A stretch of DNA of 64,000 bases from Macrostomum lignano (taxonomy: Eukaryota), in contig NIVC01003812.1 of assembly GCA_002269645.1 (NCBI GenBank), forward strand, positions 11,772-75,771, written 5' to 3'. Below are positions 20,594-42,394 of this stretch, piece after piece. Each line of letters opens with the position of its first letter. The first letter of the stretch is position 1. Below the pieces are notes generated by a model. The model had not been told where the DNA came from. It searched no databases and was given only the letters and a program-made list of their open reading frames with translations. The position numbers were made by a program, and so were the translations under genes.

Positions 20594-21820
20594 TCATTTG
20601 ATGTGCCAGTTGCGGTCCCACAGTCCCACAGTCTTCCGATATTCCCTGTCGTACTCCTGGTTCCAGCGCTCCGTGCGACGCTGGTGCTTGAACCGCTTGG
20701 AGCAGCCCGAGTGCCCGCTGTGGCAGGAGTCCGAGTCGCATTTGCACTCTGCAGTATCGGGAGTGAGTTTATCGGGAGTGAGTTTATCAAGAGTGAGTTT
20801 ATCGGGAGTGAGTTTATCGGGAGTGAGTTTATCAGGAGTGAGTTTATCGGGAGTGAGTTTATCGGGAGTGAGTTTATCAGGAGTGAGTTTATCGGGAGTG
20901 AGTTTATCGGGAGTGAGTTTATCGGGAGTGAGTTTATCGGGAGTGAGTTTATCGGGAGTGAGTTTATCGGGAGTGAGTTTATCGGGAGTGAGTTTATCGG
21001 GAGTGAGTTTATCGGGAGTGAGTTTATCAGGAGTGAGTTTACCGGGAGAGAGTTTATCGGGAGTGAGTTTATCAGGAGTGAGTTTACCGGGAGAGAGTTT
21101 ATCGGGAGTGAGTTTATATCGGGAGTGAGTTTATCGGGAGTGAGTTTATCGGGAGTGAGTTTATCGGGAGTGAGTTTATCGGGAGTGAGTTTATCGGGAG
21201 TGAGTTTATCCATACAGCAAACCGAGCTCACTCTTCAGCCTAAAGCAGTCCTCGTCCTCCTCCTCGCAGTCGCACTCGCAGTCGCACTCGCTGCCGCCCG
21301 ACGTCCAGACTTCGTCATCATCGCCGAACTCGTCCAGCAGCTCATCCGCCGCAACCCCCAACCAGGAGCTGAGCAGCTCGGCATCCACGGTGTCCTCCTC
21401 GCCTTCAACCGCGGTGCTCAGCGAACAGAGCCGCAGTGCGTCGGTGTGGTCGCGGAGCAGGTGGTACAGCAGGTTGATGCGGTGCCGCTCCGCATTGCTC
21501 AGCGGTCGCCAAGGCGGCACGACTCGGATTTCAGGTGTCTTCGGTGTCGAAGAGATCGGCGGCTGCAGCGTCTGTTGCGGCTTCTGCGTCAGCGGCTGCT
21601 CAGGACTTCGAGGCCGTCGCCGCCGCCTCCTGCCGCCACCGCCGCCGCCGCCGCCGCTGCCGCTGCTGAAGCCTCCGGCAAGGAGTGACGGCAGCGACAG
21701 TCGGCGAAGTCGATGGCGGAGCCAGCCGGTCTTCAGGCCGCCGCCGCTGCTGCTGCTGGCTGTCAGGCGGCGGCCGCTGCGGCGGCTTGGACCTTCGGCC
21801 TGCTGCTGCGGGACCGACAT
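20594..21820 (-). CDS. Uncharacterised 247-aa protein, 2 exons; Gly/Arg-rich, acidic Cys-rich and basic Trp-rich segments
   Basis: ATG 21820; exon 21820-21232, donor gtgagc, intron with a 15-bp repeat, acceptor ctgcag, exon 20748-20594 (TGA); 744 nt in frame, junction EDCFRLK|KCKCDSDSCHSGH...GLWDRNWHIK*. Confidence 0.72.
20755..21210. repeat. 15-bp minisatellite GAGTGAGTTTATCGG, about 30 copies, intronic
   Basis: Fills nearly the whole intron 20749-21231. Confidence 0.98.
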
Positions 21821-22093
21821 TCGAATGGTACAGCAACTGCGGACTTCTTTGATTTCCTTTCTGCCGAGCTGTTTGCTTCTCTAGGAAAAAAGCAAGCGCG
21901 TCTGTTTCTTTAAAGCAGAGTTGTTTTTCTCTCCATGCACAATTGGGCTCTGGGAGCCAAGGACTGCTAGAGCAGGGGTCTGGAGCGGTGTGCCAGACTG
22001 GACGGGGGCCTGTCGTGCGGTTCTCACCGAGCTGAGACGTTGAGAACTTTGGGCTCCTGTACAGCCGCCTGTGTGAGCGCACGGGTGCTCAGC

Positions 22094-22424
22094 GGAATGA
22101 ACTGCCACTGCTTGCCTCCCTGCGGATGAACTGCCACTGCTTGCCTCCCTGCGGATGAACTGCCACTGCTTGCCTCCCTGCGGATGAACTGCCACTGCTT
22201 GCCTCCCTGCGGATGAACTGCCACTGCTTGCCTCCCTGCGGATGAACTGCCACTGCTTGCCTCCCTGCGGATGAACTGCCACTGCTTGCCTCCCTGCGGA
22301 TGAACTGCCACTGCTTGCCTCCCTGCGGATGAACTGCCACTGCTTGCCTCCCTGCGGATGAACTGCCACTGCTTGCCTCCTTGCGGATGAACTGCCACTG
22401 CTTGCCTCCCTGCGGATGAACTGC
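22094..22424. repeat. 29-bp minisatellite CGGATGAACTGCCACTGCTTGCCTCCCTG, about 11 copies
   Basis: Near-perfect units. Confidence 0.98.
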
Positions 22425-22987
22425 CGCCTACGCCTGACTACGGCAGCTCCGGAGGGGAAAAGTCGACAGGACAGAAACAGCCCTGTTTCACTGAGATCTC
22501 AGCCTGATTCTGGACTGAGCACTCCTTGCCCAATGCCACTTCAAACCGCCCTATATCAGCCTCATTCTCAACTCTGTCTGTCTGTCACTCCCTCCGTCCG
22601 TTTTTTTCTTCTTTCAATTCCTTCCTGCGCGCTTGGCTGACCGCTCAGATACCGGCCCCTGCATTCTTCTTCTTACTGTGCTCAGATGTTTAAATTCCAA
22701 AAATACAAAGCAGAGAATTCTGGACTGCAGTTATAAAAAGCAGAGACAACAGCTCGTACTGCAGGGCTGTCTGAAGAACCGAAGTCCCACAAATTGCTGG
22801 CTTAGGCAATATTGCGCATACAGTTTATTGACGTCATTTGGGTTGCTACCCGCACAGCTGCTGCTGCTGGGGGGCAGAAAACTAGAAGCAGAGATCTTTG
22901 CAAATAGATGAAGATTTTGCGCATGAAACATGAATCATTACTGAGATTAAAGTGCAGTTGAGTGACGTTAAAGGCGCAGCTGAGTTA

Positions 22988-23818
22988 GATAATGATGGCT
23001 AACTGGGTGAGATAATGATGGCTAACTGGGTGAGATAATGATGACTAACTGGGTGAGATAATGATAGCTAACTGGGTGAGATAATGATGGCTAACTGGGT
23101 GAGATAATGATGGCTAACTGGGTGAGATAATGATGGCTAACTGGGTGAGATAATGATAGCTAACTGGGTGAGATAATGATGGCTAACTGGGTGAGATAAT
23201 GATGGCTAACTGGGTGAGATAATGATAGCTAACTGGGTGAGATAATGATGGCTAACTGGGTGAGATAATGATGGCTAACTGGGTGAGATAATGATGGCTA
23301 ACTGGGTGAGATAATGATGGCTAACTGGGTGAGATAATGATAGCTAACTGGGTGAGATAATGATGGCTAACTGGGTGAGATAATGATAGCTAACTGGGTG
23401 AGATAATGATGGCTAACTGGGTGAGATAATGATGGCTAACTGGGTGAGATAATGATGGCTAACTGGGTGAGATAATGATGGCTAACTGGGTGAGATAATG
23501 ATAGCTAACTGGGTGAGATAATGATAGCTAACTGGGTGAGATAATGATAGCTAACTGGGTGAGATAATGATGGCTAACTGGGTGAGATAATGATAGCTAA
23601 CTGGGTGAGATAATGATAGCTAACTGGGTGAGATAATGATAGCTAACTGGGTGAGATAATGATAGCTAACTGGGTGAGATAATGATAGCTAACTGGGTGA
23701 GATAATGATAGCTAACTGGGTGAGATAATGATAGCTAACTGGGTGAGATAATGATGGCTAACTGGGTGAGATAATGATGGCTAACTGGGTGAGATAATGA
23801 AAGCTAACTGGGTGAGAT
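22988..23818. repeat. 23-bp minisatellite ATAATGAT(G/A)GCTAACTGGGTGAG, about 36 copies
   Basis: Near-perfect units with one recurrent variant site. Confidence 0.98.
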
Positions 23819-24179
23819 TCTCGAGCATAATGAGATGAAATGAGATCAGCAGACAAACGCATGATAATTTTAGACTGCAACAGCTAAATTGCTACTAAAA
23901 GCAATCGTGAAGCCGGAGATGAGGCATCTAAAGTACTTCACAGTAGAAAAATGCAATTGCCAGGGAGCTGTAGAGATAGAGAGATGTTTGAATATTCAAT
24001 CGTTGAGGATCAAACTAAAAACTGTCTGCAGTCTGATTGGCAGGTTTCATTGACAGCCTCAGGGCATTTCAAGTTGATGATACACTGAGGATTCTTCTGT
24101 AAAGAGAATGAATTCTTCTCCGCGCGGTGCACTTTTAGTCACTTTAGGCACATGCAAGAAGATGCCTATGTACTCATAC

Positions 24180-24395
24180 AATGTACACACGCCCACCCAT
24201 TTCTGCCCCAATGTACACACACCCAGCCATCTCTGCCCCAATGTAAACACACCCAGCCATCTCTGCCCCAATGTACACACACCCAGCCATCTCTGCCCCA
24301 ATGTAAACACGCCCAGCCATCTCTGCCCCAATGTACACACACCCAGCCATCTCTGCCCCAATGTACACACACCGAGCATCTCTGCACCAATGTAC
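24180..24395. repeat. 30-bp minisatellite CCCAGCCATCTCTGCCCCAATGTACACACA, about 7 copies
   Basis: Direct inspection. Confidence 0.95.
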
Positions 24396-25629
24396 ACACG
24401 CCAATTTATCCCAACCTTAATGTACACGCACTCAGTTATCTAAGTTATCTATGCATACAAGATCTACATGTATAGCGAATGGTATACGCAAGCTAACAGT
24501 TGTATGCAAATAATGGAGATATCCCTGACCCTAACTTAATATTTTCCTCCGTAAATTTCCTAATGTTAAAGTAAAAAAACACTGGAAACAGATACAAATC
24601 AATTGCGTATTTCAAATTTATTTTCTCCAATTAACTGTTTGTTTAATTCAAGACTTGCCGTCTTCAATATATTACTACATCACCTTCAATCACTTGGACA
24701 AGGCAAACCAGAGAGAGGAGAAGCACTGGCGGCTTACAGTTTAAGCTTAAATCCTTCGCAGAAAAAGAAAGAATTGAAATCATCAGAGAGCTGCTTTCAA
24801 ACTGCAGTGACATTGCTGGGGGAGGAATTATTGCTGAATATTAATAACAAACTTGCCTATAAATACAGGATGCAGTTGTCCGAGAAGAGTATATAGCAAT
24901 TCTAAAACCAAAGTTGAACAGCACGTCCAAGCAAAAGCAGAGGCAAATGCTAGGGCTTTGAATGGATGCAGCACTTGTTGATTAATTTTATTAAAATAGG
25001 AAATATTAATAAACCAGCAAAACGAAGATGGCACGGCGGGCAACCGGATATTAAACTGTCGGCTGAAGTGCTCAATGTTTTAAGCCAAATTGCAAATAAA
25101 AGTACAACTGATAACTTTCATAGCGAAAAAGCAAATCTGCTGCTTATATTACCGAATGATACTACTTTAAATCAGCTATTCAAGCAGTAGCAAAATGTGC
25201 ACATTAGTGTCTGATTAAATATGCTATTATAAAACTATTAAGTTTTGCTAATTAATTTTGAGTGTTTTCCCAGTCTGCTGTGTTTTTTAGTTTGATTCTC
25301 TCTCTCTCCAGCTGACACACAGCAAACAAACAAACAGGAAGCAGCGCACAGTAGAAAAACAAGCTGGATTATAACAATAATGGATAGAAAACAAAGACAC
25401 AAAAAAAGCAATAAAAAAGAATAAATTGAAAATTATTATTTCATAAGTAGTATACGAGCGTATATCCATACAGCAGCTTGCTGTGTGTAGAAAAAACCAA
25501 CGGTATTGTAGCAAACCTACCAAAGCATACTACTACATATACTACTATGCATTTTGCTAGAATTTTGTGTGGGCGGCGGACCGAGGGGAGGCCGATTTCG
25601 GTGAGTGAGTTCTGCTTTTTATCATAACG

Positions 25630-25643
25630 GTTTCCATGGCAAC
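25630..25643. promoter_or_regulatory. Consensus RFX X-box GTTTCCATGGCAAC just downstream of the CCT3 stop codon
   Basis: Full match to GTYNCY-AT-RGNAAC; function not shown. Confidence 0.4.
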
Positions 25644-25681
25644 AATAAACGGTGCATTGCTAGTCAGCAGTAGTTCAGTCT

Positions 25682-27162
25682 TCACTCGTCGCCTCCGGCA
25701 GCTGGCTGCGCAGCTTCGTTAGCGGCAGCTTTGGCCGCGGCGGCGGCGCCCTCAACGCCGCCCTTCTTCGTGCCCGACACGATGTCGTCAATGCGGAGCA
25801 GAAGGATGGCCGTCTGCGAGGGACATGGCGGTTTTGAGAACAGGTGAGGCTTTTAAGGTGAACAGGTGAGGATTCTAAGGTGAACAGGTGAGGATTCTCA
25901 GGTGAACAGGTGAGGATTCTCAGGTGAACAGGTGAGGATTCTCAGGTGAACAGGTGAGGATTCTCAGGTGAACAGGTGGGGATTCTAAGCTGAACAGCTG
26001 GGGATTCTAAGCTGAACAGCTGGGGATTCTCAGGTGAACAGGTGAGGATTCTCAGGTGAACAGGTGAGGATTCTCAGGTGAACAGGTGAGGATTCTCAGG
26101 TGAACAGGTGAGGATTCTCAGGTGAACAGGTGGGGATTCTAAGCTGAACAGCTGGGGATTCTAAGCTGAACAGCTGGGGATTCTCAGGTGAACAGGTGAG
26201 GATTCTCAGGTGAACAGGTGAGGATTCTCAGGTGATCAGGTGAGGATTCTCAGGTGAACAGGTGGGGATTCTAAGCTGAACAGCTGGAGATTCTAAGCTG
26301 AACAGCTGGGGATTCTCAGGTGAACAGGTGAGGATTCTCAGGTGAACAGGTGCGGATTCTAAGGTGAACAGGTGAGGATTCTCAGGTGAACAGGTGAGGA
26401 TTTTCAGGTGAACAGGTGAGGATTTTCAGGTGAACAGGTGAGGATTCTCAGGTGAACAGGTGAGGATTCTCAGGTGAACAGGTGCGGATTCTCAGGTGAA
26501 CAGGTGAGGATTCTCAGGTGAACAGGTGCGGATTCTCAGGTGAACAGGTGAGGATTGTAGCCGGTCTTGAAGGCTGAAGAATATTGACCCGGTGCACATT
26601 TCAGCACAAAAAAAGAATGTAAAATCTCGCAGCTTCTCACCTCAGTGGCGGTCTTGAGCACCTGATTTTTAACGCTGAGCGGCTCCCAGATGCCGTCAGC
26701 CTTCATGTGGCGCAGTTTGCCCGTCTCGCCGTCCACGCCCCACATCCAGTCCTCCGGCTCCGTGCCCGCGTGCTTCGCCCTCAGCGCCGTCAGAGTCCTG
26801 ATGACGTTGGCGCCACAGTTCTGGATGAGGGTGCGCGGGATCACCTCCAGGGCCGCGGCCAGGGCGCGGTAGGGGCCCTGGTGCACCGTGGTGAGCGCTT
26901 TGCCCTTCTCCGACACCGCGTGGGCGATGGCCATCTCGAAGGCGCCGCCGCCCGGGCAGAGCTTCGGCTTCAAGACGATGTTGCGGGCAACGTTAAGGGC
27001 GTCATTGAGGCTGCGGTCCATCTCGTTCAGGATGTCCTTGCTGGGGCCGCGCAGCACGATGGTGCAGGCCTTCGGGTTGCGGCACTGCACCAGGTACGAG
27101 TAGTACTCATCACCGATCTTGCGCACCTGCGGGTGGGGAGCGGGACTGGGTTAGCTGGGGGC

Positions 27163-27241
<79 letters not shown>

Positions 27242-30200
27242 CACACAGACAGCTCACAGACAGGCACACAGACAGACACAGACAGGCACACAGACAGACA
27301 CACAGACAGGCACACAGACAGACAGACACACAGACAGGCACACAGACAGGCACACAGACAGCTCACAGACAGACACACAGACAGGCACACACAGGCACAC
27401 AGACAGACACAGACAGGCACACAGACAGACAGACACACAGACAGGCACACAGACAGACACACAGACAGACAGACACACAGACAGGCACACAGACAGGCAC
27501 ACAGACAGACACACAGACAGACACACAGATAGGCACACAGACAGACACACAGACAGACACACAGACAGGCACACAGACAGACAGACACACAGACAGGCAC
27601 ACAGACAGGCACACAGACAGCTCACAGACAGACACACAGACAGGCACACACAGGCACACAGACAGACACAGACAGGTACACAGACAGACAGACACACAGA
27701 CAGGCACACAGACAGACACACAGACAGACACAGACAGACACAGACAGGCACACAGACAGACAGACACACAGACAGGCACACAGACAGGCACACAGACAGC
27801 TCACAGACAGCTCACAGACAGGCACACAGACAGGCACACAGACAGGCACACAGATAGGCACACAGACAGACACAGACAGACACACAGACAGGCACATAGA
27901 CAGCTCACAGACAGGCACACAGACAGGCACACAGACAGGCACACAGACAGGCACACAGACAGACACACAGACAGGCACACAGACAGACAGACACAGACAG
28001 GCACACAGACAGGCACACAGACAGCTCACAGACAGGCACACAGACAGGCACACAGACAGGCACACAGATAGGCACACAGACAGACACACAGACAGACACA
28101 CAGACAGGCACATAGACAGCTCACAGACCTCAAACAGGCCACAGCCAGTGCCAATGTCCTCCTCCTTGAGCTCGTCAGGCCGGTTAACAATGGTGGCCCC
28201 GATGGCGCGGGCCACTCGCCACTGGTCGGTGCGGCGCAGGCGGCGCAGCACGGACACGCCGGCCTTGACCAGGTAGTGCTGGGCGAGGTCGCTGACGCCC
28301 TTCTCGGTGATGACCAGGTCGGGCTTGACGGCCAGCACAGCCTGGCAGACGGTCTTGATGTACTCTTCCTCCAGCTGCAGCAGGCGCGTGAAGTCCTCCT
28401 CCTGGCGGATTTCCACATTGGTCTGGCTCTCGCCTTTCTTGTACTCGAGGTCGCAGTCCAGCAGCACAATGCGCGGATTGGCAATGCGCCGGCGCATCTG
28501 CGGGTGCACCACGTCCTTGTTGATCATGATGCCGTCCAGCACGCAGGAGTCCTCGATGCTGCCGCCAGGAATTTTCTCAATGCGAGCGTAGCGCTTGATG
28601 TCGATTTCCTGGGCCTGGCCGTCCGACCCCCTCTCCTTGTGCACCGTGCGCACCGCGTCCAGGGCGATGCGGCAGGCCACCTGGTTCCACTGGGTGTGCA
28701 CTCGGGTGCCGAGGCAGGTGCGGATCAGCTCGTGCATCTTGTCCGTGTCGTTGGTGTCCACGTCTACGGAGTAGCGACTGGAGGCCTGCGGGTTCGGGGC
28801 GAGATTGTTGAGATTCAGGGATGAGATTCAGGAATGAGATTGCTCAGATTCAGGAATGAGATAATTCAGATCCACGGATGAGATAGTTGAGATTCAGGGG
28901 TGAGATTGCTGAGATTCAGGCAGGAGAAAGTTGAGATTCAGGGATGAGATAGTTAAGATTCTGAGGTGAGATTTCTGAGATTCAGGAATGAGATAGTTGA
29001 GATTAAGGGGTGGGAGGGACTTTTGAGATTCAGGGATGAGATAATTCAGATTCTGATGTGAGATTGCTGAGATTCAGGGATAAGATAGTTAAGAATCAGG
29101 GGTGAGATCGTTGAGATTCAGGGATGAGATTTGTGAGATTCAGGGTGAGATAATTGAGATTCAAGGATGAGATAGTTAAAATGAGATTTAGGAGATTCAG
29201 GAGTGGGATAGTTGAGATTCGGGGATGTAATTATTGAGATTCGGGATGTAATTATTGAGATTCAGGGGTGAGATAGTTGAGATTCAGGTGTGAGATAGTT
29301 GAGAGTCAGGGGTGAGATAGTTGAGATTCAGGTGTGAGATAGTTGAGATTCAGGGGTGAGATATTTGAGATTCAGGGATGAGATTATTGAGATTCAGGGA
29401 TGATATTATTGAGATTCAGGGGGTGACATTAAACCAGCCAGTATTGGAGTTAGTACTGCTCACCATCTCGAGCATATCCTCCAGCGCCTGCCTGTAGGCG
29501 GTGATGATAATGGTAGGATGGATGCTCTGCTCCAGAAAAGCGGTGGACACGGCCAGGATCTCCCCAGCCAGGATGATCACGGAGGTGGTGCCGTCGCCCA
29601 CTTCCTCGTCCTGGGTGCGGGCGATCTCGATCATGCTCTTGGCGGCCGGGTGCTGCACGGTGATCTCGCGCAGGATGGCATTGCCATCGTTGGTCATGAC
29701 AATGCCGCCCATGGGGTCCATGAGCATTTTGAGCATAGCCTGGGGGCCCAGGCATGTACGAATGACATCAGCCACAGTCTTGGCAGACTGGATGTTGGTC
29801 AGTTGAACTTTGCGACCTTGCTCGCGTTTGGTGTTTTGATCTAGTTATGGGGGTGGGGTTGGACAGATGGGGTTGGAACTGCAGTGCAGGGTTGAATATG
29901 CAGCAAACACAATACATGTTGGAATTTGAATTTTTTATTCATTTGATAACAAACATAACTTAAGCTCTGATGTTAGTTTTTTAATGCCGTATAAAACACT
30001 AGGAATCAAAATACTCTTAGTAATAATAAGCACTTTCAATTAAAAAATTGACTTTATTAGCAGATTTTCTGTAAATTAACTATCTGATGCCATTGTCCAC
30101 AAATCATTTTCAAATGTAACTTTTAAAAATTGTATTCATTTTTATTTATGCATGTATACAATGCCATTGCTAGTTTTTATTCTGAATTCATAGATAGCCA

Positions 30201-32106
30201 GCATCAACCTGGTCCATTGCACCAAGTGTGTAGCCACCATCAAAATTCTGGCATAAATAATGAAAATTCATCAATTTTCTTCCAGAACAAACACAAGTAA
30301 GAAAGATTATAGGCCCAGAATTATTATTTAAAAGTTAAAATAAACTAATTAAGAGAATTTATAAGTACCAATAGAAATTAATTATAGTGTCTACTCAAGC
30401 AGTAGGAATAATGCAATGGCATATGATACATACAAGGTTTTTTTTATTTTTGAGATATATTGAAACTAAAAATGTCTTAAGCAAGATTTGTCAAGTATCA
30501 TTGATGCTTTCCTACTTAAAAAAATGGGGGAGACTATCTATCAGTGGTTTATGTGCTGCATATGCTTTATTACACTTTACATACATGCGCAACCCCCCCC
30601 CCTGATTTACACTGGCCATGCGACTTACTTTTTGACCAAAAATGCAACTTACTTGTGAAGGAAACCTTAAAGCAAAATTAAAATTTTTAGGTAAATGGCA
30701 GGAGTAACTTTGACTGTCCCATCAGGCCAAAATGCCTCGGCATCTAATTAGTACTATGTCCATATTCTTTGGGGTGGCATTTTAGCGACTTACCCCTGGT
30801 CCACCACAATTTATGGTGGCCAGATCAGCCAGCAGTTGCACATGTATGCTTTATTGCATCTCTTGAGTGAAGTAAGTCATTTTAATTCAAATTTAATCCC
30901 AAGTTTTAGTTATCTCAACCATTAACAAGGTTTTGGACTTCAGATTTCAAAATGTGTGCAAAAATAGTTTCAGGGATTTAATATTTGAAATCAAAGGGTT
31001 TAAAATCTATGGGTATTAACAGCTTATAAAAAATTAATAAGAAAACCATTCTTCCTTTGTTATCTTTTATGTATCTTCTCAATAGGCTTTGTCTTTCAGT
31101 TTTTAGTGTATAGTAAATAAATATACTAATAAATAGCATATGTATTGTCAAGTAAACTAAATTTGTCAACAATGCATGGTAAGGTAAACTCCATAGTCTG
31201 GATCATGCTAGGTGTACGCCTAAACAAAAATTGATAGGTACAAATGCACACCAAAAAAAATTTGAGTGCATGCCCATTCTTAAAACTTTGCCAATGTTGC
31301 AACAATAAATGACCTTCTTACATTGTAAGAATAAATTTATACCTTTTTTCATTGTATAATAGACCATTTTTGACAGATAATTTGGTTAATTTTCTGCCTT
31401 TTTGGCAATACTATGCCTATATACAATGGAAAATTGATACATGCAAAGATTTCTTTAAATGCCTTATTACAAGCTTAAAAATCCAGAAAGTGGGAAATTT
31501 ATGCTTAAGAATGAACTTTTTTTACCTTTTTTCTACTTTATAATAACTCCTCTGTGTGATTCTATAAAGTGCATGCCAGGTGTATTTTCTTAGAAGTGAT
31601 GCATGCCAACTGTGCACGCCTACTTTTGGCATGCAAGGCCAATGCATGCCCAAATTTTTGGGGCGTATACTACATGATCTAGAGTGTGGGGTAAACTGGA
31701 TTTGTCATAGAGTTGACAAATTTGGCGGCACCTTTGTTTTAGCAGTGCATAGCATACAGCAACAGATTCAGATGTTTTTATTCTGATGAATATTCTGCAC
31801 TTTATTGTATATTTTAATGGGCATGGCTTAAAATTCTAAATAAGTATATTGTTAAAACTTAACAACTAACTTGTTAATACATTTGATTATTAGCTTTTCA
31901 GCTATTTGATGACAAATTCTATTTATAGCTAATTGCTTTAATGCCCATCCTATTTCTTCTTTATAATCTTAGACTTTTGTGAATAACTAAAAAGTAGTTG
32001 TGCTTTGGAAAAGAATAAAATATGTAATATGTAATAAAATTTCAATAGGATAATGTCATAAGTAGAAATGCTTACTCAAGACGATAACGGGAGTGCCTCC
32101 AGACAT
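25682..32106 (-). CDS. CCT3: T-complex protein 1 subunit gamma (TRiC/CCT chaperonin), 560 aa, 5 exons
   Basis: Exons 32106-32076, 29840-29464, 28785-28129, 27126-26641, 25813-25682 (1683 nt, in frame). [23 protein letters not shown]...[31 protein letters not shown]...[13 protein letters not shown]...[15 protein letters not shown]...[15 protein letters not shown]...[14 protein letters not shown] is the gamma-subunit signature. Confidence 0.97.
25838..26555. repeat. 22-bp minisatellite GAGGATTCTCAGGTGAACAGGT, about 32 copies, CCT3 intron 4
   Basis: Tandem units with an interspersed variant, ggggattctaagctgaacagct. Confidence 0.97.
27163..28128. repeat. Compound (GACA)n / CACAGACAGGCA array, CCT3 intron 3
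   Basis: Occupies almost the entire intron 27127-28128. Confidence 0.97.
28800..29420. repeat. Degenerate ~22-bp GAGATTCAGGGATGAGATAGTT array, CCT3 intron 2
   Basis: Recurrent gagattcagg motif across the intron 28786-29463. Confidence 0.9.
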
Positions 32107-32510
32107 TTTCGAATTTCGTTCAGCAAGTTTCTAGGTACAGATAAAAATACAAAATGCGTGAATAGTTATTACAGTAACAGGTGTAGGCCGTAGGGTGACA
32201 GGTAAAGAAGTAGAAGTTGGCGAAGTGTGCAAAAATGCATGGTAATTTGAATTTTCGCCCGACCCGTATTATTAATAATAATGGTTAAAACAAGTGCAAA
32301 CTTTTATTACATGTTCAGAATCTTTTGAGTGAAGGTGTTTCTTTAAATAGCCCTAAATTTACTTTTATTTATATTCACGTCTGATTTTCTTTGTCTTGAT
32401 TACAACTTTAAAGTGGCAGTGTAGTAACCACGTTTTTTAAATTAAATTTATCAATCGTATTTTGCAGCGTCTCAATGTTTTGAACCATCTTACATTGTAA
32501 AGATAGTAAG
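32107..32510. promoter_or_regulatory. Putative bidirectional promoter between CCT3 and CFAP210
   Basis: Divergent start codons only 404 bp apart. Confidence 0.65.
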
Positions 32511-41275
<8,765 letters not shown>

Positions 41276-41734
41276 AAACGTTTTTTACGGAATATATCAA
41301 AAATTAACGAAATATGCTTACTATGCTACTAACGATCGAGAACAGTAGAGTGTAAAGGTTTTCAAACGGATCCCGCTATTATTAATTATTGTCGCCTATC
41401 AAACTAAAAGTTATTTTCAACGCTCATTTGTTGGTCTAGGATAGTGCTGATATGTATCGAAAATTACATAATATCAGTAATAATTTGTAATTCCAATTAA
41501 TTAACATTGCATAGAGATTAGAAAGCAGGCCAACCGCGTGAAAAGCCCAGCGTCCTTTGCCCCAAATATCAATCTGTTTTGGATATCCCGCTTTGAGCGA
41601 ACGGAGAAAAAAGTTTTACAACACTAAATATACATGCCATTCACAAGATTGAGTGTTTCCTTTTCGAAGTTTAATTTGTTACAGTGGCTTTGTGATGGTT
41701 TTTTAAAGTGAAATATAAATCCTTCCACCATTTA

Positions 41735-41952
<218 letters not shown>

Positions 41953-42394
41953 GGGGACACGGGAGGCAGACAGATGGCAGAGCATATTAAAACCCATTTG
42001 TTTTCAAGTTGAAGAGGCAATTCAATATTCGGAGTCGGTCGCATTGGGTAAATCAAATTCTAAATGGTCTGCGCAACTTTATTGTTTGCCAATGCCAAGG
42101 TGAAATCAAATTACTAGATAGATTTATTCACAAACCCTTGGATTGTGTTTGATGACGTCATTCAGCCAGCGACAAGGCTGTAAAACTGCCTGTCAGAAAG
42201 GTTAGCATATTTTATACCCCAAAGGGCGGTTAAGCATTCAATACCAGGTAAACATTGCTCAATTTGAATTGGCAATTCTGTATCCGTCTGTGTTGGCTTT
42301 GAGGTGAGAAAATTATCGACAGCCCCGATCAGATAACAAATTGCTTCAGTGCTCAACTGCTCCAGATGCCTGCTTGATGGCGTGCCTGTTCCAG

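Noticed and set aside
20519-21688. 389-aa plus-strand ORF
   Set aside because: Antisense shadow of the GC-rich minus-strand gene bridged by a stop-free 15-bp repeat.
26707-28071. 454-aa plus-strand ORF and the many VCLS/QTDR ORFs
   Set aside because: Antisense to a CCT3 exon plus (GACA)n repeat translation.
29841-32075. Intronic snoRNA in CCT3 intron 1
   Set aside because: No convincing paired C/D boxes with terminal stem or H/ACA hairpins found by eye.
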